From: an uncultured Acidobacteriaceae bacterium
GTDB lineage: Bacteria; Acidobacteriota; Terriglobia; Terriglobales; Acidobacteriaceae
DNA length: 64,000 nucleotides
Assembly: GCA_963708755.1 (NCBI GenBank)
Contig: CAVPTN010000012.1
Span: 171,596-235,595 of the forward strand
Reading direction: 5' to 3'
The first letter of the stretch is position 1. The number at the start of each line of letters is the position of its first letter. Under the pieces are notes generated by a model that was not told the DNA's origin, made no database searches, and saw nothing but the letters and a program-made list of their open reading frames with translations. Made by a program: the position numbers and the translations under genes. Positions 49,249 through 59,439 of the stretch are shown here, in pieces.

Positions 49249-50291
49249 TACGCACCGATCCGCGGATCGAGCACGATCTTCATGAGATTCGGTTCCCCTG
49301 AATGCAGACGATCAAACCAGCTCGGTCCGTCGCTGAGCGGTGCAACTGCCGTAATCAAGGTATCAACGCGAATCTTTCCTGACGTCATCAGCTTCATCGC
49401 CTCTGGATATTCGCCGCACGAGGCGCAGGAGCCTTGCAGGCGAATCTGTCGCGAGACGACCTTTTGCAGCGGCAGGTTGACCTGCGGTGTGATGTTGCCG
49501 ATCAGCGTTACCGTTCCGCCTTTTCTAACTGAATCGATCGCAGTGGCAATCGTCTCATTTCTTCCGACTGCTTCGAGCACCACATCGACGCCTCGGCCTT
49601 CGGTCAGATTAAGAATCTCTTTCGTTAGCTCCGCGCCAGATAGAAGCAAGGTTTTATCTGCTCCCAGCTCGGCGGCAGACTTCAATCGCGTGGCATCGAT
49701 GTCCGCTACAAATACACGCGAACAACCAGCTGCGCGAGCGGCCTGTAGCGTGAGCAGACCGATCATGCCTGCTCCGATTACCAGTGCTGTTTCGCCGCCT
49801 TCCAGTTTGGATACAGCCACTGCGTGAAGTGCTACTGAGACTGCTTCGAGCATCGCTGCTTCGGCAAAGCCGAGAGTGTCCGGGAGGTTGTAGACGATCC
49901 GCTCGGGAACGGCAACGTATTCGGCGAACGCACCAGCTCGGCTGTAGTCTCCGCAGGAGACGCCGACAACTTGCCGGTCGTCGCACAGATTTATCTCACC
50001 TTTGCGGCAGAAGGCGCACACGCCACAGTAGACCGTGGAGTCGAAGGTCACACGATCGCCTACGGCGAACCGGCTGACCTCCGATCCGACTGCAGCGACG
50101 ACTCCCGCTGCTTCATGCCCCATCACCAGAGGTGGAATGCGGCGTCCCGAAGTGCCATCAAATCCATGAACGTCGCTGCCGCATATACCGCAGGCGGCAA
50201 CCTGCACGAGTACGTCCGACGGTGCGGGCACAGGAACGGGGAGCGTCGTTACTGCCAGATGTTTGTATTCCGAGAGGAGTAGAGCGTTCAT
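49248..50291 (-). CDS. Zn-dependent sugar/polyol/aldonate dehydrogenase (MDR; IdnD/GatD-like)
   Basis: GICGSD, GHE, C..C..C.......C structural Zn site, GAGMIG. Confidence 0.9.
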   Translation of the reverse strand: MNALLLSEYKHLAVTTLPVPVPAPSDVLVQVAACGICGSDVHGFDGTSGRRIPPLVMGHEAAGVVAAVGSEVSRFAVGDRVTFDSTVYCGVCAFCRKGEINLCDDRQVVGVSCGDYSRAGAFAEYVAVPERIVYNLPDTLGFAEAAMLEAVSVALHAVAVSKLEGGETALVIGAGMIGLLTLQAARAAGCSRVFVADIDATRLKSAAELGADKTLLLSGAELTKEILNLTEGRGVDVVLEAVGRNETIATAIDSVRKGGTVTLIGNITPQVNLPLQKVVSRQIRLQGSCASCGEYPEAMKLMTSGKIRVDTLITAVAPLSDGPSWFDRLHSGEPNLMKIVLDPRIGA

Positions 50292-50357
50292 CGTAGTGTT
50301 TAAAACCTCGTGTAATAAGGGTATATCTTTGGCGATCTTTACGTAATGGCGGCGAAG

Positions 50358-51717
50358 CTATGGTTGCGCCTCTGAAGGCATGGGTTCGATTCTGCCCAGG
50401 AGGAAGGCGTACCCGGCGATACCGATGAGCAGGTAGATGGCTGAGACACCGAAGGCCCAGGCGAAAGATTGGCGGGCGGCGACGAGGTATCCGGTGATGA
50501 TGGGAGCGGCGATTCCCGAGGCCTGGTTTGAGAGATTGATGATGCCGCCGACCTTGCCCACGCTGCTGCGGGGCGCGATCAGCGATGGGATGGACCAGCC
50601 TACGGGAGCAGCGGATGAGAGACCGCCTATCGAGATGCTGATCCAGATGAGTGCTACCAGTGGACTGTGTGTGGTGGCTGCACCAAGAATGCCTAAGCCG
50701 CAGGCGGTTCCAAGGATGAGGGTCGTTTTGCGGACGCGGTTTGCGTCCCATCCGCGCTGAATGAGGAAGTCGACGAGCCAGCCCCCGACGATGAGGTCTC
50801 CCGCGGTCGCTACCAGCCAGGGTACGCCGGTGTAGAGGAACGAATGCAGGAGGTCCACGTGGAGCGCGGATGACAGATAGCTGGGTAGCCACGTGAGGAG
50901 CAGATAGAAGATGTAGTTGTAGGAGCCAAAGCCGAGGACCATGGCGATGACTTTGGGTTGGCGCATGAGGTAGGCGAGAGAGGCGTGACCAGACTCGTTC
51001 GCGGCGAAGATGCGGTCGTCTGTGGCGATGTAGTCGCGCTCGGTTGCGGTGAGAGCGGGATCGTCCTGCGGGTCTCGGTAGATTCGCCAGAAGAGGACGA
51101 AGTAGACGAGGCTGATGAGGCCTGTAACGGCGAAGCTCCAACGCCAACCTACTTTGATGAGAAGGATGCCGATGAGGGGGACGCCGATGGCTGAGGCAAA
51201 CTTTGCCGCGCCGTCGAAGATAGCTGTGGCGAAGCTGCGCTCTCGCGAGGGGAACCAGAGGCCGATGGCTTTGGCGTTGGAGGGAAAGGTGGGTGCTTCG
51301 CCGACGCCGAGGAGGAAGCGTGCTGCCGAAGAAGCCGCCTATGGTGGGGGTGATGGCAGCGGCGAAGGAGGCGATGCTCCAGAGAAAGATGCTGATGCGG
51401 CCGACGCGTTTGATTCCCAGCTTGTCGAGCAGGACGCCGATGGGAAGCTGGCACATGGCGTAGGTCCAGTTGTAGGCGCCGGACAGATAGCCGAAGGTGA
51501 CCGTGGAGATTCCGAAGGTCGTGACGAGGGCGGCGTGTGAGACCGAGAGGTTGACGCGGTCGAAGTAGTTGACCAGGACGCCGAAGCCAAGCAGCCACGC
51601 GATGCGCCATCGGCGGCGTGGGATTGGCGTCTTCGTGGATGGATTCGCGGTAGAGATTGGTGGCCGGTGATGGAGAATTTTGCGAGGTTGTACGAAATGA
51701 TTTGTGTGGCCCCTCAT
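50358..51717 (-). CDS. MFS transporter, ACS/sugar-acid family, frameshift near 51326
   Basis: RRW, NYFDRVNLS, RFLLGVGEAP.FP.NAK, WFP.RER, LTWLPSYL. Confidence 0.88.
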
Positions 51718-51771
51718 TTTAACTGAAGGGATGCATGATGGTGGAGAGACTTTAGTTGGATTGGCGGAGTT

Positions 51772-52601
51772 TTAGGCAACCTCGTTGACTAGAGTGCCGA
51801 TGCTGTCGATTGTGATGCGAATCTCGTCTTTGCTTTGGAGGGTGAAGGTGTCAGGCGGGACGATGCCGGTGCCGGTGAGTAGAAAGCAGCCGTGAGGGAA
51901 GCTCTGATCGCGGAAGAGATATTCGACGAGGGTGAGGGGATCGCGCTTGATTTCGGTGAGGGCGATGGAGCCGGTGAATTGGGACTGGGCTGAGCGCAGG
52001 ATGTCGATGTGGATCTCCGTGGTGCTTGGCATAGGAGTGGACTGAATGAGTATGCCGGGGCCGAGGGCGCAGCTGCGGTCGTAGACCTTGGCCTGCGGGA
52101 GATAGAGAGGGTTGGCGCCTTCGATGTCGCGGGAGCTCATGTCGTTGCCGATGGTGTAGCCGATGATCTCGGCGCGAGGGTTGATGAGCCAGGGTAAGCT
52201 CGGGCTCGGGCACGGACCAGGTGGCGTCGCTGCGGATCGATTACGGGGGCTTGGGACCGGAGACTCGATGCCCGATGGATTTGAAGAAGAGCTCGGGGCG
52301 CTCGGCGGAGTAGACGCGGTCGTAGAAGTCGCCGCCGCCGGCGTCTTTCGACTCTTCCATGCGCGCGCTGCGGCTGCGGTAGTAGGTGACTCCGGCGGCC
52401 CAGACTTCCTGCCTGTCGATGGGAGCAAGGATAGTGTTGGGCGGGGGCGGTGGCGACTGCCGGTGTACTGCCTATCGCCGAAGTCAGGTAGGCCTGAAGG
52501 TCTTCATGGGCGACGAGGGTGTCGAAGGAGAGTTCGTCGATGCAATAGTAGCTGCCATCTTGTTCAACGAAGTGGCCTTGCATGGTTCGGTAGAGGATCA
52601 C
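51772..52601 (-). CDS. Fumarylacetoacetate hydrolase family protein, 2-keto-3-deoxy-pentonate dehydratase (XylX/KdaD)-like, several frameshifts
   Basis: [53 protein letters not shown] across frames; GTGA coupling with the upstream gene. Confidence 0.82.
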
Positions 52602-54607
52602 AGAGCAGTTCCTTTCTGCATTGCTAGTGTTGTGGGCTCGGTGGTCTGGCGGCCACGTTCTAGTTGAGTGGTGATGGCATCGACGTCGTAGACACAGCCA
52701 CCCCAGATGCCCCCGCTGGCTTGAACCAGAGCTGCCCAGAGGCGGGTGTCGTCGGGCAGGGAAGGATGGGGTGCGAGGTCGGGGCGTTGGGCTCGTTGTG
52801 AGAGCTGCTGGGCGGCCTCTTCGGGGCTGAAAAGACTGGTCGAATCGCCCACGAGGTTTACCTGGCCGGTTAGTGCGTTGCGATCAATGACGATCTCGAT
52901 CTGATCGCCGTCGCGAATCTTGCCAAGGGCGCCGCCGGCGAGTGCTTCGGGGGAGATGTGACCGATGCAGGCACCAGTGGATACACCGCTGAAACGGGCA
53001 TCGGTGAGGACAGCTACGTGTTTGCAGAAGGGAAGAACCTTGAGCGCGGAGGTGACCTGGTAGATCTCCTGCATACCGGCGCCGGCTGGACCGCAGCAGA
53101 TAAGGACGATGACGTCGTGCTCGACGATGAGGCCGGTTTTGATGGCGTGGATGGCTGCGGCTTCGGTTGTGAAGACCTTTGCAGGGCCGAGGTGTCGGTA
53201 GCGTCCGTTGGGATCGACCAGTGATGCGTCGATGGAGGTGCTCTTGATGACGGAGCCTTCAGGAGCAAGGTTGCCGACGGGAAAGCAGATCGTGGATGTG
53301 AGGCCGCGTGAGCGTGCACGGTCAGGGGACATGATGACATCGTCAGGGTCGATGCCGTCCTGGTCGCGAAGATTCTTGCGAAGGGTATGGCGGCGCGGGC
53401 TGTCCTCCCACCAGTCGAGGCAGGTGCCGAGAGTTTCGCCGGAGACGGTCTTTACTGTGGTGTCGAGCAGTCCGGCGCGGCGAAGGTGAAGCATGACCTC
53501 GGGCGTTCCGCCAGCGAGAAAGACCTGAACGGTGGCGTAGTTTGAGGGGCCGTTCGGAAGAGCGTCTACGAAACGAGGGACCTGACGATTGGTATGAGCC
53601 CAATCGCTGGCTTTGGGGCGGCGAAGCTTCGCGGCGTGGGCTATGGCCGGGATGTGGAGGAGCAGGTTCGTGGATCCTCCGAATGCAGCGTGGAGGGTCA
53701 TGGCATTTTGGATGGAGGCATCCGTCAGGATATTGCTGGTTCCTATTTGTAACTTTTTTAGGCGCAAAATCGCGCGAGCTGACCGGCGAGCGGCATCGAG
53801 CCAGATGGGTTGGCCTGAGGGGGCGAGGGCAGAGTGCGGTAGCGCGAGGCCGAGGGCCTCTGCGACGACCTGTGCAGTGGCGGCGGTGCCCATGAACTGG
53901 CATCCTCCGCCAGGAGTGGCGCATGCGCGACACCCGATTTCAGCGGCGTATTCGAGCGTGATCTGTTTCTGGGCGTAGCGAGCGCCGATGGTCTGGACCT
54001 TCCCGGCATCCTCACCATCTTCCGGCAGCAGGGTAACGCCGCCGGGGATGAGGACGGTGGGTAGATCGGCTGCGGAAGCAAGGGCCATCATCATTGCGGG
54101 CAGGCCTTTGTCGCAGGTGGCGATGCCGAGAACTCCGCTGCTGGTCGGCAGCGAACGCATGAGTCGACGCAGGACAATCGCGGCGTCGTTGCGAAAAGGG
54201 AGGGAGTCGAGCATGCCAGTAGTGCCTTGCGTGCGGCCATCGCAGGGATCGGTACAAGCACCAGCGAATGGAACGGCGTCGAGTGTTTTGAGTTCGCGGG
54301 CGGCCTCAGCGACGAGAGAGCCGACCTCCCAGTGGCCGGTGTGGAAGCCAAGTGCGATAGGACTACCGTCTTCGGCGCGTAGGCCGCCGTGCGTACTGAG
54401 AATGAGAACCTCAGGGCCAAGAAGACGCGTCGGATCCCATCCCATACCTACGTTTTGGCTTAGACCGAAGAGATTGCCGGATGGTTGATTGAGCAGCATC
54501 TCCGGCGTTATGGGTAGAAAGCCGGAAGGGCCTGGCGCATGCGTGGCGACGGCGCTGAGTTCGAAGTCCGAAGATTCAAGTACGGAGGTGAGTGATATGT
54601 CCTGAAT
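52598..54607 (-). CDS. YjhG/YagF family D-xylonate dehydratase (IlvD/Edd superfamily)
   Basis: [14 protein letters not shown]...[51 protein letters not shown]. Homology extends 36 codons above the first ATG (54499). Confidence 0.92.
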   Translation of the reverse strand: MQDISLTSVLESSDFELSAVATHAPGPSGFLPITPEMLLNQPSGNLFGLSQNVGMGWDPTRLLGPEVLILSTHGGLRAEDGSPIALGFHTGHWEVGSLVAEAARELKTLDAVPFAGACTDPCDGRTQGTTGMLDSLPFRNDAAIVLRRLMRSLPTSSGVLGIATCDKGLPAMMMALASAADLPTVLIPGGVTLLPEDGEDAGKVQTIGARYAQKQITLEYAAEIGCRACATPGGGCQFMGTAATAQVVAEALGLALPHSALAPSGQPIWLDAARRSARAILRLKKLQIGTSNILTDASIQNAMTLHAAFGGSTNLLLHIPAIAHAAKLRRPKASDWAHTNRQVPRFVDALPNGPSNYATVQVFLAGGTPEVMLHLRRAGLLDTTVKTVSGETLGTCLDWWEDSPRRHTLRKNLRDQDGIDPDDVIMSPDRARSRGLTSTICFPVGNLAPEGSVIKSTSIDASLVDPNGRYRHLGPAKVFTTEAAAIHAIKTGLIVEHDVIVLICCGPAGAGMQEIYQVTSALKVLPFCKHVAVLTDARFSGVSTGACIGHISPEALAGGALGKIRDGDQIEIVIDRNALTGQVNLVGDSTSLFSPEEAAQQLSQRAQRPDLAPHPSLPDDTRLWAALVQASGGIWGGCVYDVDAITTQLERGRQTTEPTTLAMQKGTAL

Positions 54608-54658
54608 TGGAGCCCCTCGTTATATGCAGTCAATTAGCGGCGATTCCAAATCGTTTCG

Positions 54659-56230
54659 CTATCCTCGGATCATGGTGCCATCCACCGTACGCCATATTTG
54701 AGGCAGAGTTGTTTGATTGCGAAGCGCGTCGGGAAGACGCTCCTCACGGACGTTGTCGTAGCAGTGCAGTGCTCCGAAGCGAAGTATCGAACGCGGGATC
54801 CCGACAGCGGTGAAAGCTGGATGAGAGGTGGAAGGGAAGGGGCCGCCGTGGTTCATTGCAGGCGAAAGAGCTACGCCTGTCGGCACCTTGTCGTTCAGTA
54901 AACGACCTACTCGGAATCGGAGTGCCTGTGCGACCTCGCCGTACAGATGGTCATCTGCGCCGGTGCTGCTGGAGTAGATGCTGCCAGTCAGATTTCCCTC
55001 CAGCGCTTCGATCATTTGGACGAGCTGCGGAACGTCATCCAAGATGATGAATAGTGTCGCGTTGCCGAAAGCCTCGCGCTGAAGTTTTTCCGGTTCAGCT
55101 AGAAAGTTTTTTCCAGTGATTTGGAGCATTGTGTTCTTGTAGCGCCAACCTTCTCCTTCAACACGAGCGCCTCCCGTGACGATCTCAGCGCCAGCATCAG
55201 CAATCCACTTCACTCCTTCATCCAGGGCCTTGAGTCCGCCCTCTGAAAATAGAGGCGCGGAGGGACGCGATTGCAGCGTTTCGGCGAGTGCTCGCGCAAG
55301 ATTGCTGGTTGCATCACCGGCAATGGCGAGAATCAAGTTTGGGCTGGTGCACATCTGACCGGAGGCTGCGAGACAGCTGTCCGCAAGTTCGCCTGACAAT
55401 TTGTCTCCACGCTCGGCGATCGCTCCCGGCAGCAGGACCACTGGGTTGAGGCTCGACATCTCAAGATAGATTGGCTTGCCGACGGCATCGGCTGCGGCTT
55501 TTAGACGAAGGCCTCCAGCTCTGCTTCCCGTAAAGCTGGTTGCGCCGACTCTGGGATCGGCGACAAGTCGCAGGCCATCCTCGTTTGAAATAGCGTAGAG
55601 CATCTGCACAGTTGCTTTGGGAAGTTTGCTTGCACTCAACGCTCGTGCGGCGCATTCGGCGAGGATTTTGCTGGTGCCTGGGTGGAGTGGATGCGACTTG
55701 GCGATGACTGGGCATCCCGCAGCGATCGCGGCTGCGAAGTCTCCTCCTGAGACACCGTTGAAGGCAAAGGGAAAGTTGTTTGGCCCCAGAATGACGACCG
55801 GGCCGATTGGAGCGTAGTGTGAACGGATGTTCGTTTTCGTGTCGATTACAACGTCCTGCCAGGATCCCTCGCGAGCCGCCGCAGCGGCTTGTCGGAGTTG
55901 GGTTGCAGTGCGCGGAAGCTCGGCTTCGCTGAGTCTCGGTTTGATGGGCAGCCCGGTTTCAGTGTGCGCAATAGCAACGATCTCGCTGGCGGCGCGTTCG
56001 ATTTCATTTGCGTAGCCCTCCAGGAATAACGCGATGTCTTCGTTCGAAACGGTGCGAAGCGTTCTTGCGGCTTCTACGGCTGCGTTAAGTGCGGAGTCGC
56101 AATCGGCCCAATCACTGACTGGGAATTTTTCGGGAAGTTCAGCACCCGTTGATGGATTCACCGCGCTAAAAGATGAGGTTGTCGTTGCATCTCGCCATTG
56201 ACCGGCGATCCATACTTGTTCCACTTTCAT
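54659..56230 (-). CDS. Alpha-ketoglutaric semialdehyde dehydrogenase-type aldehyde dehydrogenase
   Basis: E..RT..QLR, GPNNFPFAF...SGGDFA.A.AAG.PV..K.H..HP, FTGS, EMSS.NP, GQMCT.P, HGGPFP. Start at MKVEQVW. Confidence 0.9.
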   Translation of the reverse strand: MKVEQVWIAGQWRDATTTSSFSAVNPSTGAELPEKFPVSDWADCDSALNAAVEAARTLRTVSNEDIALFLEGYANEIERAASEIVAIAHTETGLPIKPRLSEAELPRTATQLRQAAAAAREGSWQDVVIDTKTNIRSHYAPIGPVVILGPNNFPFAFNGVSGGDFAAAIAAGCPVIAKSHPLHPGTSKILAECAARALSASKLPKATVQMLYAISNEDGLRLVADPRVGATSFTGSRAGGLRLKAAADAVGKPIYLEMSSLNPVVLLPGAIAERGDKLSGELADSCLAASGQMCTSPNLILAIAGDATSNLARALAETLQSRPSAPLFSEGGLKALDEGVKWIADAGAEIVTGGARVEGEGWRYKNTMLQITGKNFLAEPEKLQREAFGNATLFIILDDVPQLVQMIEALEGNLTGSIYSSSTGADDHLYGEVAQALRFRVGRLLNDKVPTGVALSPAMNHGGPFPSTSHPAFTAVGIPRSILRFGALHCYDNVREERLPDALRNQTTLPQIWRTVDGTMIRG

Positions 56231-56451
56231 CTCTCTACTCCATCTTGTTCTGCCGGTTATGGATGTCGTCTGAACGGTTTCGCGACTGACGACATGCCCG
56301 GTTCTGCGAATCCTGATTCTATATCTCCCTTTCATGGAACTCATGAATAGGGTGCTTCACGTATCGTTCTCATCGTTAAATTGATGGAAAAGATTTAATG
56401 CTCCCTTGCCGCCTCGATGAGCTGGCTTCACAAAACCTACACTGCAGGCAA

Positions 56452-59139
56452 TTATTTAGCGAGCTCGGCTTTCCCTAAAATGTTGAATTTTCCGGTTTGA
56501 ATTGAGGTGGCGTCACCAGGTTGAGCGCCACCAAGTGAGACGGTGTACTCGCCTGGAAGGATTGCACGAACGCCCTTTGCATCCACCTGGGCGATCGAGC
56601 GTGGATCGAGGGTGAGACCGACATGGGTAGACTGGCCTGGGCCGAGATGGACGCGTGTGAAGCCGGCAAGCACTCGGATTGGTGTTTCGAAGGCATTCGG
56701 TTGTGTGAGGTAGAGTTCGACAACCTCGTCGCCAGCCGCGGAGCCAACATTCTTCACGTCGGCCTCTACGGTGATTGGATCTCCCGCCTTGATCTCCGTG
56801 GTGGGGAGTTTGAGATTGCTATACGTGAAGTCGGTGTAGCTGAGGCCGAATCCAAAGCTGTAGAGTGGTTTGTCCGCGAAGTAGCGGTAGGTGCGGCCTT
56901 TCATGGAGTAGTCGTCGAAAGACGGTATCTGGCTCAACGATGAATAAAAGGTCACGGGAAGTCGTCCGGCCGGATTGTTGTCTCCTGCGAGGGTTTCCGC
57001 GATGGCGGTTCCGCCCTCTTCACCGGGATACCAGGCTTCGAGGATGGCGTTGGCGTTCTGTTGTGCCCAGTTGACGGCGAGAGCACTGCCGTTCTGCAGG
57101 ACGACGACCAGAGGTTTGCCGGTCGCGGCAAGAGCTTTCAATAGCTCTTCTTGTACCGCGGGCAGATCGATGGCTGTGCGGTCGCCGCCGCTAAAACCCT
57201 CGAGTTTCACAGGCATCTCTTCGCCTTCAAGCGAAGGGGAGAGCCCGGCGAACGCAATGACGACGTCGGACTGCTTTGCCACGTCAACCGCTTGATCGCG
57301 CAGGGCGACCGCAGGCGGATTCCATGTGAGATCGATGCCAGCGCTCCCGCTGCTGTGCAGATACTCCAGCCGAATGGGGTGCGGCTCGACGCCGGAGAAA
57401 TGGACAGAGGCTTCGATCACGACGCCACGTTCGCCGGTGTGCTTGGCGTCACTCTCAACGAGGACTTTACCGTCAAGATAGAGGCGGAAGCCTTCTGCGT
57501 TTTCGCAGGCGTAGCAATAGTTCACGCGTACGCCGAGCTTGTAGTCACCGGCGGCTGGGGGCGTGAAGGTGCCAGTCCAGCGAACCGAATAGTCGTTGCG
57601 CTGGAGGCCTTTGATGGGAACGACCTTGTCCCAGTTGAAATTTATATTGCGGTCGATTCGTGTGAGGACTGGCTTGCCGGTCAGGTCTTTGGTTTTGAAG
57701 TACTCGCCGGTGAGGCCGTTGCCGGATCCGCTGGTGGGGTGTAATGCAGTGTGTTCGATCGGCATCGCGAAGCCCTCGGCAAGACTCGAACCCTGGGCGT
57801 AGGAGATCTTCGATGAGGAGAAGCGCTTTTCTATTCCGTTGAGTGGATAGGAGGGTGATGGCGGAGGTCCGTTGTAGTTACCTTGCAAGGACTGAATGAG
57901 TTCTGCGGTCGGGCCAACAACTGCGATGCGACCGATGCCTGGCTTGAGCGGAAGCGTATGGTCTTGATTCTTAAGCAGCACCATGGACTCACGTGCGGCC
58001 TGGAGTGAGAGTTGGCGATGCTCAGATGAGTTGTTTTCGTTGAGCGGAATCTGACCGTACGCGTAACTGGAAAGCGGGTCAAACATGCCGAGACGGAAGC
58101 GAGCGGTGAAGAGGCGGCGCAGCGCAGTATCGATCTCTGCTTCCGTAATAAGATTTTGATGCACCGCATCGACAAGAGCCGGATAAGCCTGACCTTTTCC
58201 AAAGCCGCACTCTAGATCCGTACCGGCCCTGACGGCAGCAGCCGCAGCGTGAGCCATATCTGTAGCGTAGTGGTGGCCCGTGTTGACGTCGGCGACAGCA
58301 GCGCAGTCGCTCACGACATAACCTCCGAAGTGCCAGGCGTCACGCAGGTGGTCACGGAGAAGCATCGTGTTGGCGCAGGCGGGAGCTCCGTCAATGGCGT
58401 TATACGCACACATCACGGACTGCGCTTGTCCCTCTGTGACGGCGGCACGGAAGGCGGGCAGGTAGGTGTCCTCTAGGTCGTGCGGCGAGACATCGACGTT
58501 GAACTGATGGCGCGAAGGTTCGGGACCACTGTGTACGGCGTAGTGTTTCGGGGTCGAGACTAACTTCAAGTATTTCGGATCGTCACCCTGCAGGCCAGTG
58601 ACAAATGCAACCCCCATGCGACCGGTAAGAAAGGGGTCTTCTCCGTACGTCTCCTGGCCACGACCCCAGCGTGGATCGCGAAAGATATTGATGTTAGGCG
58701 CCCAGAAGGTGAGACCGAAGAACATCTCATGGTGGTCTTCCCGCATCGCCTGGTTGTATTTGGCGCGCGCTTCGGTGGAGATGGTATCGCCCATGTGATG
58801 AACCAGATTGGTGTCCCATGTGGCAGCCATGCCGATAACCTGCGGGAAGTTTGTTGCATAGCCGGAAAAGGCGACACCGTGCAAACCTTCGTTCCACCAG
58901 TCGTATTTGGGAACGCCGAGACGAGGAATGGCAACGGCGTGGTCTCGCATCTGGGAAACCTTTTCTTCAAGGGTCATTCTGCCGACGAGATCCGCGACGC
59001 GCTGGTCTGTTGGAAGCGCTGTATTCATGAACGGCAACGGTTGTGTGTCGATGGGTTGCTGTGCGTGAAGGTACAGCGGCACGAATGTGACGGCCGCAAA
59101 AATAGGAGAGAAGACGCGAGCGAACCGGAGATGAAGCAT
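56452..59139 (-). CDS. GH3 beta-xylosidase/beta-glucosidase with PA14 and Fn3-like domains, secreted
   Basis: WNEGLHG, PNINIFRDPRWGRGQETYGEDP, KHYAVH, VMCAYN, VVSDC, EGEE, AWYPGE.GG. Confidence 0.95.
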   Translation of the reverse strand: MLHLRFARVFSPIFAAVTFVPLYLHAQQPIDTQPLPFMNTALPTDQRVADLVGRMTLEEKVSQMRDHAVAIPRLGVPKYDWWNEGLHGVAFSGYATNFPQVIGMAATWDTNLVHHMGDTISTEARAKYNQAMREDHHEMFFGLTFWAPNINIFRDPRWGRGQETYGEDPFLTGRMGVAFVTGLQGDDPKYLKLVSTPKHYAVHSGPEPSRHQFNVDVSPHDLEDTYLPAFRAAVTEGQAQSVMCAYNAIDGAPACANTMLLRDHLRDAWHFGGYVVSDCAAVADVNTGHHYATDMAHAAAAAVRAGTDLECGFGKGQAYPALVDAVHQNLITEAEIDTALRRLFTARFRLGMFDPLSSYAYGQIPLNENNSSEHRQLSLQAARESMVLLKNQDHTLPLKPGIGRIAVVGPTAELIQSLQGNYNGPPPSPSYPLNGIEKRFSSSKISYAQGSSLAEGFAMPIEHTALHPTSGSGNGLTGEYFKTKDLTGKPVLTRIDRNINFNWDKVVPIKGLQRNDYSVRWTGTFTPPAAGDYKLGVRVNYCYACENAEGFRLYLDGKVLVESDAKHTGERGVVIEASVHFSGVEPHPIRLEYLHSSGSAGIDLTWNPPAVALRDQAVDVAKQSDVVIAFAGLSPSLEGEEMPVKLEGFSGGDRTAIDLPAVQEELLKALAATGKPLVVVLQNGSALAVNWAQQNANAILEAWYPGEEGGTAIAETLAGDNNPAGRLPVTFYSSLSQIPSFDDYSMKGRTYRYFADKPLYSFGFGLSYTDFTYSNLKLPTTEIKAGDPITVEADVKNVGSAAGDEVVELYLTQPNAFETPIRVLAGFTRVHLGPGQSTHVGLTLDPRSIAQVDAKGVRAILPGEYTVSLGGAQPGDATSIQTGKFNILGKAELAK

Positions 59140-59219
59140 ATGTGGGCGTACTCCTGCAATCGTCGGAGGAAAGTGCTGAAGGCAGCCATTATATGGTTTA
59201 TAAGCAAGGGTTGCATATC

Positions 59220-59233
59220 TGAAAACGTTTTAC
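59220..59233. promoter_or_regulatory. LacI-family operator in the GH3/TPR divergent region
   Basis: TGAAAACGTTTTAC. Confidence 0.65.
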
Positions 59234-59439
59234 CGATTGATTGATTTCCTCGCAGAAATGCTTATTTGTGCGGCGGTCATTTCTTGAAGAGGATGAAGCG
59301 TACTCGAGACTGATTAGGGACTGGGATAAATATGCCGTTGGGCTCAAGCAGTCCTTTCAAGTATCCGCATTTTGGCGGATAATCCACCTACCGTGTCTTT
59401 CGCATTCAAGATGTCTTTGAACTGGGTGGCGATACAAAA

